From: an uncultured Chloroflexia bacterium
Lineage (GTDB): Bacteria; Chloroflexota; Anaerolineae; Anaerolineales; UBA4823
DNA length: 64,000 nt
Assembly (NCBI GenBank): GCA_963705155.1
Contig: CAVPJC010000024.1
Coordinates: forward strand, 47,696-111,695
Direction of reading: 5' to 3'
A program made the position numbers and the translations under genes. Of the stretch, positions 10,059 through 19,274 are shown one piece after another; position 1 is the first letter of the stretch; each line of letters begins with the position of its first letter. Under the pieces are notes generated by a model. It had not been told where the DNA came from and did no database searches. It saw nothing but the letters and a program-made list of their open reading frames with translations.

Positions 10059-12521
10059 CTAATCTTCCAGGGGCGGCGCCGCCGGGCCATAATCGAGTAT
10101 CTCGCGGGCGCCGGTATTGGGATCGGGCGGGCCAACGATGCCCTTGGTTTCCATGGTTTCCACCAGCCGGGCCGCCCGCGTGTAACCGATGCGCAGCCGG
10201 CGCTGCAGCATGGAAACGGAAGCGCGCCCCTGGCGGCGGGCCAGATCGATCGCCTCGTTCAGCAGCGGGTCAGAATTTTCTTCCTTGCCAACATCTTCCC
10301 ACAACGGAATTTGCTTGAGCGGTATCCCCACCGGTAGGCCATCTACCACGCCGCCGGTAGCGGTGGGCGCAGGTGTGATCGTCCCGGCAAAAGCCTGCCA
10401 GTAGCTCACCAATCCCTGGATTTCATTCTCGGTGATGAAAGTGCCTTGCAGCCGCACCGGGGCCGGAGCATCCGGCGCCTGAAAGAGCATGTCGCCGCGG
10501 CCCAGCAGTCGCTCAGCGCCGGGCTGATCCAGGATGACGCGGCTGTCCACGCCGGAGGCAACCGCAAAAGCGATGCGGGCGGGGAAGTTGGCTTTGATCA
10601 GGCCGGTCACCACATCCACCGATGGGCGCTGGGTGGCGATGATCAGGTGGATGCCCGTGGCACGCGCCAGCTGGGCCAGGCGTGTGATGGTGCGCTCGGT
10701 CTCGTCGGGCGCCAGCATCATCAGATCAGCCAGCTCATCGATGATCACCACCAGGTAGGGCAGCCGCTTCTCGCCGCGCCCCGCCAGTTTGGCGTTGTAT
10801 TCTTTAATGTTGCGGCAGCCGATCTGCGCCAGTTTATGGTAGCGTTGATCCATTTCGCGGGTCACCCATTGCAGGGCGCTCACCACCCGCTCGAGGTCTA
10901 CCACCACCGGCGCCAGCAAATGAGGTATCCCGTTGTAACCGGTCAGTTCAACGCGCTTGGGGTCCACCATGATCAGGCGCAGGTCATCCGGGGTGTTGTT
11001 GAGCAGCAGGGAAACAATGATCGAATTGACGCACACCGATTTACCCGAGCCTGTGGCGCCCGCTACCAGCAAATGCGGCATAGCCGAGAGATCGGCAGCC
11101 ACCGCGTTGCCGGCGACATCCTGACCCAGGGGGAAACGCAGCGGCGATTTGAGCCGTTTGAAAGCTTCGCTTTCTATGACATCGCGCAGCGCCACCAGAG
11201 CAATCTCGTCATTAGGCACCTCAATGCCCACGTACCCTTTACCCGGCACAGGCGCCTGGATGCGGATGGTGCGCGCCGAGAGGGCCAGGGCAAGGTCATC
11301 GGCCAGGGCGGCGATCTTGCCCACCCGCACGCGCATGCGCCCGCCGCGCGATTCAATGAAATCAGGCTCCACGCCGAACTGTGTGATCGTAGGTCCACGG
11401 CTGATTTCGATCACCCTGGCAGGCGCCCCAAATGACCCCAACGTCTCTTCGATGGTGTGCGCTCGCTGACGGTCATAATCATCGTCATAGGTCACATCGT
11501 CGCCCTCTTCGAGGATCTCGGCAATGTTGGGCAGCACCCAGGCCCGCGGCGTCACGCCAGGTGCAGGCGGCAGCGGCTGTGGGGAGTGAGCGGCAGCCTG
11601 ATCTGCGGATACGCCGCCCCCCAGCGGAACCAGATCGACATCCATGTCTTCGCCGCCGGGAGCCGGATCGTATTTACCAGCCGCCGGAGTGCGCCGGGCA
11701 GGCGTCTCCAGACCGCGCAGATCATCCAGTGCGTCTTGCAGGTAATCTTCCAGGCGGGTGATCGTGGGCGCCAGCCAGCTGAAGAGATCCAGCACAGACA
11801 CATCCAATGAGAGCGCCAGTGCGATTAGAAACCACGCTACCAGCGCCACGGCAGCCCCGCCCACCCCCAGTGTGCTGCGCAGCCCCTCGAACAGCAACGC
11901 GCCCAGGTAGCCGCCTCCGCTGCCGCTGGCTGCCCACTGCCGCGCTGTTTCCCAATCGGGCGGCAGGCGTACGAAGTGAAAAACTGCCAGCAAATTTCCA
12001 TACAGCAGGATCAAACCCAGCAGGCGTTCCAGGGAAAGTGTGGGAATATATTGAAAGTTGCGCAGAACCAGCCAAAGCCCAACCACAATCAGGGCCAGCG
12101 GCAGTAGGTATGCGCCCCACCCAAAAACCTGGATGATCCCGCCGATCAGGCTGCCCATAAAAGAGCTGCGCGTGGCTGACGCCAGGCTGAGGATAATCAG
12201 CAAACCGGCCAGCGCCAGAACGATGCCCACAATATCCAGCCTGCGGTCGAGCGACAGGCCTCCCGAAAGGGGCAGCGGCTTGTGCTGGACTTTAGGCCCA
12301 GGCCGGACAGGCCCGCCTGGCTTTCGTTGGGCAGGCGGTCTGGTTATACTGACGGGTCCCGATCTCGCTGACGGCGGTTTTCTTCCGGGCAGCGCAACGC
12401 GACCGCTCCGTACCCCTGGCTGATTTTTAGCCGGGGCGGGTTTCGGCGCGGCCTGCTTCTGCGCAGAACGGGAATGCGCCTCGGGTTTTTCGGCAGGTTT
12501 TCTGGAGGTAGGTTTTGCCAT
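10059..12521 (-). CDS. ftsK: DNA translocase FtsK/SpoIIIE
   Basis: Basic/Pro-rich N-terminus, 4-5 TM helices, linker, motor domain with Walker A GATGSGKSVCVNSII, and a C-terminal gamma winged helix (ASVSMLQRRLRIGYTRAARLVETME). Start taken at MAKPTSRK (ATG 12521). Confidence 0.85.
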   Translation of the reverse strand: MAKPTSRKPAEKPEAHSRSAQKQAAPKPAPAKNQPGVRSGRVALPGRKPPSARSGPVSITRPPAQRKPGGPVRPGPKVQHKPLPLSGGLSLDRRLDIVGIVLALAGLLIILSLASATRSSFMGSLIGGIIQVFGWGAYLLPLALIVVGLWLVLRNFQYIPTLSLERLLGLILLYGNLLAVFHFVRLPPDWETARQWAASGSGGGYLGALLFEGLRSTLGVGGAAVALVAWFLIALALSLDVSVLDLFSWLAPTITRLEDYLQDALDDLRGLETPARRTPAAGKYDPAPGGEDMDVDLVPLGGGVSADQAAAHSPQPLPPAPGVTPRAWVLPNIAEILEEGDDVTYDDDYDRQRAHTIEETLGSFGAPARVIEISRGPTITQFGVEPDFIESRGGRMRVRVGKIAALADDLALALSARTIRIQAPVPGKGYVGIEVPNDEIALVALRDVIESEAFKRLKSPLRFPLGQDVAGNAVAADLSAMPHLLVAGATGSGKSVCVNSIIVSLLLNNTPDDLRLIMVDPKRVELTGYNGIPHLLAPVVVDLERVVSALQWVTREMDQRYHKLAQIGCRNIKEYNAKLAGRGEKRLPYLVVIIDELADLMMLAPDETERTITRLAQLARATGIHLIIATQRPSVDVVTGLIKANFPARIAFAVASGVDSRVILDQPGAERLLGRGDMLFQAPDAPAPVRLQGTFITENEIQGLVSYWQAFAGTITPAPTATGGVVDGLPVGIPLKQIPLWEDVGKEENSDPLLNEAIDLARRQGRASVSMLQRRLRIGYTRAARLVETMETKGIVGPPDPNTGAREILDYGPAAPPLED

Positions 12522-12649
12522 ATCTGGCCTGTGAACAAAATTATAGCACATATGGTCGCTTATTAATTTCGTCCCCTACCTTATTAGCCGCTTTCGGGCT
12601 AAAATTGACCCTGAACTTCAACCAGCCATCTCCCGAAAGGGGAATTCTT

Positions 12650-13597
12650 TTGTTCGAAATTATCTTTCTTGGCACATCTGCTTCGGCGCCTTCGGTGCAC
12701 CGCGGCCTCTCGGCCCAGGTTGTGATGCACGATGAGCACCGTTTTCTCATCGACTGCGGCGAAGGTACGCAGCGGCAGATCCTCACTTCTGGCATTGGCT
12801 TCAAACGCCTGAACCGGATTCTGATTACCCATGGGCACCTTGACCACATCCTGGGCCTGGCAGGGCTGCTTTCCACGTTCTCGCGTTGGGAAACTATCGA
12901 TGAACTGGAAATCTTCGCCGGCCGCTGGGCCCTGGAGCGAATTCATGATCTGCTCTACGGTGTGGTGCTGCGCGGCGCCCGGCCTCCGATGGAGATCCAC
13001 CTGCGGGAGATCAAAGAAGGCGTCTTTTTCGATGCGGAAGATTTCGCGGTTTCAGCTTTCCCCGTGTACCACCGGGGAGCCGATTGCTTTGGCTTCCTTT
13101 TTGAAGAAAAGTCCCGCCGGCCCTTTTTACCCGATAAAGCCGAGGCCCTTGGCATCCCCCAGGGTCCCTGGCGGCGCGACCTGGTCAATGGTCTGCCAAC
13201 CACCCTGCCGGATGGTCGCACCATCCAACCGGAGGAAGTGCTCGGGGAGCAGCGTTCCGGGACGCGGCTGGTGCACGTGGGCGATGTTGGCAGGATTGAT
13301 GATCTTGTAGATGTATGTCGGGATGCCGATGCCCTGGTGATTGAAGCCACCTACCTGGATGAGGAGGCCGAGATGGCCCAGCAGTATGCCCACCTGACCG
13401 CGCGCCGGGCCGGTGAGCTGGCGCAGCGCGCTGGTGTCAAGAACCTGATCCTGACCCACATTTCGCGCCGCTACCGTGAGCGGGATGTGCTGGCGGAAGC
13501 GCAGTCAATCTTTCCGGGGGTGCGCGTGGCGCGCGATTTCGATGATTACCAGGTGCGGCGCGGGGAGTGCATCAAGGTCGAGCCTTTTTCGGGATAA
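12650..13597 (+). CDS. rnz: Ribonuclease Z
   Basis: (M/L)FEIIFLGTSASAPS...LIDCGEGTQRQIL...ITHGHLDHILGLAGLL is the metallo-beta-lactamase RNase Z pattern. The TTG at 12650 is the likely start. The tracked ORF begins further upstream, inside the divergent region. Confidence 0.8.
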   Translation: MFEIIFLGTSASAPSVHRGLSAQVVMHDEHRFLIDCGEGTQRQILTSGIGFKRLNRILITHGHLDHILGLAGLLSTFSRWETIDELEIFAGRWALERIHDLLYGVVLRGARPPMEIHLREIKEGVFFDAEDFAVSAFPVYHRGADCFGFLFEEKSRRPFLPDKAEALGIPQGPWRRDLVNGLPTTLPDGRTIQPEEVLGEQRSGTRLVHVGDVGRIDDLVDVCRDADALVIEATYLDEEAEMAQQYAHLTARRAGELAQRAGVKNLILTHISRRYRERDVLAEAQSIFPGVRVARDFDDYQVRRGECIKVEPFSG

Positions 13598-13865
13598 GCG
13601 CCCCCATTCCAAGCACAAGAAAAACCACAGCCAGGGCAAACCAGGCGATTTTTTGCCAGGCCGGCGTGGCTGTGCCCCCCAATCCCAGGCAGAAGAGCAT
13701 CGCGGCAGTGTGAAATGCTGCCAGGGTTGCCGGCTGGTTCAATCGTGCGGTCAGCTTTTGCTTGTAAACGATCGCTTCCCAGCGGGCGTAGCCGAGCACC
13801 GCCAGGGCCAGCGATAGCCCCGCGATCCACAAAATATTCCAGGCAAGCTGAACCCAATCGATCAT
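13572..13865 (-). CDS. Small hypothetical membrane protein
   Basis: 97-aa ORF with three hydrophobic helices. Its 3' end overlaps the rnz 3' end convergently. No motif recognised. Confidence 0.35.
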   Translation of the reverse strand: MIDWVQLAWNILWIAGLSLALAVLGYARWEAIVYKQKLTARLNQPATLAAFHTAAMLFCLGLGGTATPAWQKIAWFALAVVFLVLGMGALIPKKARP

Positions 13866-13922
13866 GCTTGGTCGTTGTTTACTGGTTTACCGGCGGTGTG
13901 GCCGTATCTGAACGGGCAAGCC

Positions 13923-14606
13923 CTATACCGTGAAGGCTTCGCCAGGTTGGAGTACATGCACCAGGGCGCTGGTTTCACTTTGCACCCGCAGGCCCCACGC
14001 AATGGCATCCTGGGCGATCAATCCCCAGGTGTTGTAATGAATGGGAACAACATGTTTGGGCTGCAGCAGCTTCACCGCGCGCAGGGCATCCTCGGGCCCC
14101 ATGGTGTAGTTGTCGCCAATCGGGAGCACAGCCAGGTCGATGCCTTCCTCGCCGATCAGGCGCATATCGCCAAACAGGCCGGTGTCGCAGGCCATATAGA
14201 TTTTCAGGCCATCGTTGGTGGTGAGCAGGAAACCGGCCGGATTGCCGCCGTAAGAGCCATCGGGCAGAGCTGAGCCGTGCAGCGCCAGGGTGAGCTTGAG
14301 ATAGCCAAAGGGGTGCCTGAATCCGCCGCCCAGGTGCTGTCCGTGAGTTTTAACCCCCTGCTTTTCCAGCCAGTTGGCGATCTCGAAGTTGCTGATGGCC
14401 GTGGCGCCGGTGCGCTTGGCGATACTTACGGCATCGCCCACGTGGTCGCCGTGACCATGGCTGACCAGGATAAAGTCGGCTTTCAGCCGGCCCGCATCCG
14501 TGCTGGCGGCAGGGTTGCCGCTGAAGTATGGGTCAACAAGCAGCCGGTAACCACCGGTTTCCAGCCCCAGAGCTGCATGCCCAAACCAGGTCAGTTTTGT
14601 GCTCAT
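13923..14606 (-). CDS. UPF0173-type metal-dependent hydrolase (MBL fold)
   Basis: 227 aa. TKLTWFGHAALGLETGGYRLLVDPYFSGNPAA...ILVSHGHGDHVGD. Confidence 0.8.
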   Translation of the reverse strand: MSTKLTWFGHAALGLETGGYRLLVDPYFSGNPAASTDAGRLKADFILVSHGHGDHVGDAVSIAKRTGATAISNFEIANWLEKQGVKTHGQHLGGGFRHPFGYLKLTLALHGSALPDGSYGGNPAGFLLTTNDGLKIYMACDTGLFGDMRLIGEEGIDLAVLPIGDNYTMGPEDALRAVKLLQPKHVVPIHYNTWGLIAQDAIAWGLRVQSETSALVHVLQPGEAFTV

Positions 14607-14643
14607 TTTCGCCTCCGTTTAATTCATGGGTACAAAAATTGTC

Positions 14644-15006
14644 CTACACGGCTGCCAGCGCCAGGCACAACCACCCGGCTACCAATGCCAGCCCTCCCAG
14701 AGGGGTGATAGCCCCCAGCCAGCGCCGGTTGGTGAGCACCAGCAGGTACAGACTGCCGGAAAACAGCACAATGCCCGCCACGAAGAGCAAGCCGGCGGGC
14801 ATTGCAAAGGTACGGCTCCCATTGGCGGCGGCGTAGGCCGCCCCCAATAGAGCCAGGGCATGGTACATCTGGTAGCGCACCCCGGTTTCAAAGATTTCAA
14901 GACGCTCCGGGTGCAGCCTTGCTTTGAGGGCATGCGCCCCAAAAGCGCCCAAAGCTACCCCCAACCCGCCAAACAGACTGCCGAGGATGAACAGGGTGGG
15001 TTCCAT
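14644..15006 (-). CDS. DUF423-family membrane protein
   Basis: 120 aa, four hydrophobic helices, GAFGAHALK motif. Confidence 0.7.
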   Translation of the reverse strand: MEPTLFILGSLFGGLGVALGAFGAHALKARLHPERLEIFETGVRYQMYHALALLGAAYAAANGSRTFAMPAGLLFVAGIVLFSGSLYLLVLTNRRWLGAITPLGGLALVAGWLCLALAAV

Positions 15007-15042
15007 ACCTTAGATTGTAGCGTAGAGACAGTAAAAAGGCAA

Positions 15043-15591
15043 TCACCCCGCCATGGCGCTTGATAGCTTGTGAGTGAGCGCGGGGATCTTTTCCAGATCG
15101 GGGCGGTCACCGGCGTGCTCAAACTCGTGCCACCACAAGATGCGCTCGCCCTCAACCAGGAACATACCTGGCATGATGGATGCGTCTCCCTCCGTGGCGC
15201 CTTGCATGTTGCCTTTGAGCGCGGCGCGCATACCGGCTGCTACCACCTGCGGGTTCAGGAGCTGCGATAGCGAGCCACGCTTGACCCCGAAGGCTTTGTA
15301 AAAGAGCATGGGTTTATCGGCAATGCCGCGCCCTTCGGGCCAGTATTCTTCAAAAAATGAAACCCCGCGGTTGGGGCTTCCCTGGTAAAAGAACAATACC
15401 GGGGGGTACTCTGGATTTTTTGCGGCAGCCTGCCGCAAATCCGCGACCATCTCGCGGCAGAATATTCAACCCAGGTGTCGCAAAAACACCAGCAGGGTGG
15501 GTTGGTCTCCGATCTGGTCGCGCAACGTGCCGGGTTTCAGGTTCACGCCTTCCACCGGGAGATCTAGAATTGACTTGTCAATTGTATCCAT
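15043..15591 (-). CDS. Thioredoxin-fold Prx-like2 (AhpC-TSA_2 / SelU-PRXL2-like) protein with in-frame UGA at the CxxC position; candidate selenoprotein
   Basis: The track reports only 15043-15450. Reading the same frame upstream gives MDTIDKSILDLPVEGVNLKPGTLRDQIGDQPTLLVFLRHLG-[TGA 15468..15466]-IFCREMVADL..., that is FLRHLG(U)IFC in place of the family FxRxxGCxxC motif. ATG is at 15591. GC-rich hairpins start 8-27 nt after the UGA. Confidence 0.6.
15420..15460 (-). promoter_or_regulatory. Candidate bacterial SECIS-like stem-loops 3' of the in-frame UGA
   Basis: mRNA reads UGA AUAUUCUG CCGCG-AGAUGGU-CGCGG AU UUUGCGGC-AGGCU-GCCGCAAA. One hairpin has 5 bp with a GGU-containing loop (15457-15441). 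A second has 8 bp with loop AGGCU (15439-15419). An alternative pairing joins CUGCCGC with GCGGCAG. Confidence 0.45.
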
Positions 15592-15656
15592 ATATTTTCC
15601 CTCACAGGTGTGACTGAAGCAGCCACCACCAACTCGGCGATCGATGGCCGACCGCC

Positions 15657-15791
15657 TTATGATTTACGAATTCGCCGTCGCTGCTCAATACGCACGGGAA
15701 TCCGTACGCGCCTGGTCTGGCGAAAATTTTTGTCCAGGTAGAAGGTTAATACCGCTAAAACTACACCACTTGCCACAATCACCCAGTACAT
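15657..15791 (-). CDS. Small (44 aa) membrane protein, first gene of the putative selenoprotein operon
   Basis: Below the track's size cutoff. Sequence MYWVIVASGVVLAVLTFYLDKNFRQTRRVRIPVRIEQRRRIRKS has one TM helix and a basic tail. It is preceded by AAAGGAG 8 nt upstream and by a near-consensus promoter. Confidence 0.45.
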   Translation of the reverse strand: MYWVIVASGVVLAVLTFYLDKNFRQTRRVRIPVRIEQRRRIRKS

Positions 15792-15843
15792 GATCTACTC
15801 CTTTTCAAAGTCGCAGAGTGTCTTTCTGCAACGGCTATGCATT

Positions 15844-15872
15844 ATATTAGCACAAATCAGGCGATTTGTCAA
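15844..15872 (-). promoter_or_regulatory. Sigma-70-type promoter (TTGACA-17-TAATAT)
   Basis: On the minus strand, TTGACA (15872-15867), a 17-nt spacer and TAATAT (15849-15844), in an AT-rich gap upstream of the 44-aa ORF and the Prx-like gene. Confidence 0.5.
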
Positions 15873-15911
15873 TATTATGTATAAGTATTGTATTAGAATA
15901 TTGAACAGAAA

Positions 15912-16379
15912 TCAGAAAAATTGGCCAGTTTCAACTTCCCCCAGGGCGTGTTTTAGATCGGCGGTGCGCATGATAACGGTGGTGTTCCTTACACCCGAGC
16001 CGATCGACACTTCTTCTTCTTGAAATACGCTTTCATCCACCAGAATACGCATGGGCTGCGGCAGGCCAAACGGCGATACAGCCCCGGTGGCGTATTGGGT
16101 TCTCTCCAGCACTTCTTCAGGGGTCGCCATGGTCATGCGTGAAACGCCCAGATGTTCACGCAGGGCTGGCCATGAAATTTGCCGGTCGCCTGCCACCAGC
16201 ACCATCACATAATCCCCTGCACCCAGGCGAAACACGATGCTGCGCACCACCTGTCCGGGGCGCTGGCCGCGCTCGCGGGCTGCCTGTTCCAGGGAATGCA
16301 CCTGCCCCGGATGGGTAAAGACGGTGTAGGGCACACTGTGTAAATCGAGGTGGCGTGTAACCGGGGTTGAAACGCTCAT
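15912..16379 (-). CDS. YbaK/EbsC-type aminoacyl-tRNA deacylase domain protein
   Basis: [23 protein letters not shown]...[30 protein letters not shown]...[11 protein letters not shown] is the YbaK/ProX editing-domain pattern. The start at 16379 overlaps the upstream stop (ATGA). Confidence 0.75.
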   Translation of the reverse strand: MSVSTPVTRHLDLHSVPYTVFTHPGQVHSLEQAARERGQRPGQVVRSIVFRLGAGDYVMVLVAGDRQISWPALREHLGVSRMTMATPEEVLERTQYATGAVSPFGLPQPMRILVDESVFQEEEVSIGSGVRNTTVIMRTADLKHALGEVETGQFF

Positions 16380-16873
16380 CCCAGCCAGACCCACAGCCAC
16401 CACAAGGCCATGAGCAGTACGCCGATGCCAAAGCGCACAAGCACCGAAAGCCCCCATCCGGCTGCCAGGCCGCGCAGCGCCTGCCAGGCTTTATCCCAAT
16501 CGCGCTGCCGCCCGTATTCCAACAGCAGCACCGCCAGCGGGGCGGCAAAGATACCCCCGATGGGTGGGACGATCAAGGTGCCAAGCACTCCCGCCACGAG
16601 GGCCACACCAATCGTCTGCCACGATGCGCCGCCTTTGCGCGCCCCGGCTCCCATGAATACATTGTCTACCACAGTGCCCACCAGCATGAACACCGTGATG
16701 ATGGCAAAAAACACCCAGCCGGTGGTGGTAAAGCCGGTTGCAACGCCATAACCCAGGGCAGCCAGCCACATGACCAACAGCCCCGGGAAAACCGGCACCA
16801 GCAAGCCAAACAGGCCTACCAGCATAAAGATCTGGATCAAAGAAAAGAGTGAGATGTGCAGCCAGGTGGGCAT
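16376..16873 (-). CDS. DUF456-family membrane protein
   Basis: 165 aa, multi-pass hydrophobic, LVPVFPGLLVMWLAALGYG pattern. Confidence 0.65.
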   Translation of the reverse strand: MPTWLHISLFSLIQIFMLVGLFGLLVPVFPGLLVMWLAALGYGVATGFTTTGWVFFAIITVFMLVGTVVDNVFMGAGARKGGASWQTIGVALVAGVLGTLIVPPIGGIFAAPLAVLLLEYGRQRDWDKAWQALRGLAAGWGLSVLVRFGIGVLLMALWWLWVWLG

Positions 16874-16935
16874 GCCTGCAATTATACTAGATGGGCATCC
16901 CTATCCGGTCTTTTTGGGGCAAAAGCCTATCACGC

Positions 16936-18954
16936 TTACAGCAGCTGCCTCGGAAAAGACTCCATCCACTTGCGGGTAAAGAATGGTTGCCCATCCCTTG
17001 TCACGCTAAGTTCAACGTCGATAAAGAAATTTTCGGCGGTGCTGCGGATGGCCGTGCGGCCCGTCACATCCGTGCGTCCCTCTTGCTGCAGGATGCTGGT
17101 TTTGCATACCGCCCTGGCATAAGCAGCGCCAGGATTGGTATCCGCCGCGCCAAACTCGGCCAGGGTCTCGTTTTCCACTTTGAAATCTGCTCCCACCGGC
17201 TGGCTCTGGCTGTGGTTTCCTACCTGGAGGATCGAGTAACCGCTGACAAGATCGTCGATAAACTTCCAGGTGGGCTCTCTGAACTGGTAGGTAACCGGCT
17301 GGATCAAATCGGCGCGCTCATGAAAGGAAACTTCTTTTGTCGATGCTACCGGTTGGTCTACGATCGGCAGGAGTATGCGCGATGGATGCAGGCTGCTGCG
17401 GTAGATCTGGTTGGTTGCCGGGTGCGGAGAAGGCCATACCCAGGGCCAGTCTGATGATGAAATGGCCACGCGCACACGATGGCCAGGCTGAAAAGTCCAG
17501 GAGCTGTGTTTGAGAGGAATTTCTAGCTCGACGATCTCACCAGGCGTCAGCGCCTCCGGGTGGCTGTGCGAATGGCGGTGGGTGGCGTTTAGAATCCCGC
17601 GGCACACCAGCCGGGAAGAACCGTCTGGGAATACATCGCTAATTTTGACGCAGAAGTAAGCGACTTCAGCGGTTGAGCAGGCATGCAGGATAGCCCGGGG
17701 AGCTCCCAGGATTTCCACCGGAGCTTCCAAAGCTTAACTCGTGAAAGTCAGCGAACGACACTCATCGGTTGATTGATCACGGGTCATCCCATCCAGACCG
17801 GCAACTGCACACCATACCCCGGCTGCTGCTCCGACAGTGGCCTGGTAGCGGTAGGCATCTACGCCTGCATTTTTTTCGGGTGACTGGCTCAGGCTGCCCT
17901 GCTCGCACAGGTAGTAGGGGCGTTGTACCACACCTTCTGGCGGCCAGCTATCCAGGAAGCGCCATCTTCCCGGCATGTAAGTTTCATAACTTGTGGGAGG
18001 GGCGCCATTTTGTATGTACAGGGCGATGCGCGGCTCCTGCATGATCCCACTGTCTTCGCCGCCCAACCAGTGCGCCCACCAGCGGCACATTTCGTGAAGG
18101 AAGTTGATATTCGGGCCCGGGATGCCGCTATCCGGGCTGTTGTGGATCCAGGGTCCCACCATGGCCTTGTTTGGTATCTGCAAATGGTTGAGCATGCGAA
18201 AAAGGGGATTGGTATATCCATCGGCCCAACCGCCAATCAGGTATACCGGGCACTTGATTGAAGCATAATCCACCTTGAGCGAACCCTGCAGCCAGTAAGA
18301 ATCCTCCGTCTGGTGACGGAACCAATTTAATAACCAGGGTTCATTGCCTTCCAGGTGCTCCTGCCAGATCCTGGCCCAATCGGCACCGGCATATTCCGGA
18401 TACGGCGGCAGCGCATTCATGGGAACCATCCATGCCGGATAAAGCACTTGCTCGATCCCGGTCAGGCAGCCTCCATAGTAATGCACGTCGTCCTGGTAGC
18501 GGTCATCCGTTGCAAACACCGGCACAATCGCCTTCAATGCCGGAGGATTGTGCATGGCAGTTTGGATGGCATTGAAACCGGTATAAGAAGCCCCCCACAT
18601 CCCTACATTGCCATTGCACCACGACTGCCGGCTCAACCATTCGATCACCTGGCAAGCGTCCAGTTGCTCCTGGTATGTGTATTCATCCGGCGCCACACCC
18701 TGTGAACCACCTGTTCCGCGAATATCTACCAGCGCGCCGGCGAAACCACGCTGCGCAAAGTAGTGAAACACGGCCGCCCCGCTGGCGGAGGTATCATCCT
18801 TGCGATATGGGGTGTATTGTAAAACAGCCGGGAACTGGCCGGGAGCATCTGGCAGGTACAGATTGGCCGACACATAGACTCCATCGGACAGCGGGATACG
18901 GACATTATGAATGTTGTGGACAGCATAGCGGGGTTGGAGTAAATCAGTCGACAT
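16936..18954 (-). pseudogene. CocE/NonD family hydrolase (X-Pro dipeptidyl-peptidase S15-like) interrupted by an in-frame TAA
   Basis: The N-terminal alpha/beta-hydrolase part is 17734-18954 (GMWGASYTGF nucleophile elbow). The C-terminal beta-sandwich part is 16936-17730. The two ORFs share one frame, ...LTFTS-TAA(17736..17734)-ALEAPVEILGAP..., at a position where family members read straight through. Confidence 0.7.
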
Positions 18955-18988
18955 GGTTTTCCTTGAGATTAGCGGAACACAAGACGGC

Positions 18989-19016
18989 TTGACACTCTTT
19001 AATGCGGTGCTATAAT
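18989..19016 (+). promoter_or_regulatory. Sigma-70-type promoter (TTGACA-16-TATAAT) for the ABC operon
   Basis: TTGACA at 18989-18994, 16-nt spacer, TATAAT at 19011-19016, in the AT-rich gap upstream of the substrate-binding protein gene. Confidence 0.45.
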
Positions 19017-19274
19017 ATTTATGTTTGGTGTTTTGATATATCTAAACCACCTTATGATATACCAAGTCAGGTCATTATAATACAATTTCATCTGTGTCTG
19101 ATAGTTCCGGTTTCCTTGGCCTTAATTCTGTAACCAAAGACTTGCGGCAGATTGCCGTTTAAGAGATGCTCACACAGAACTCTGTGAGTATTGGTTCATT
19201 GTCAAGCTGGTGATCTACAATCCGACAGTTTGTCGCATCAGCATCGTCTATTGCGAAAGAGAGGAGAAGCAGAA

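Noticed and set aside
10446-11435. 329-aa plus-strand ORF
   Set aside because: It is antisense to the ftsK motor domain.
18955-19274. Long AT-rich 5' region of the ABC operon, considered as a possible riboswitch or sRNA
   Set aside because: I could see only a promoter and a small hairpin (CTCACA-N8-TGTGAG, about 19171-19190). No conserved riboswitch core was recognisable by eye.
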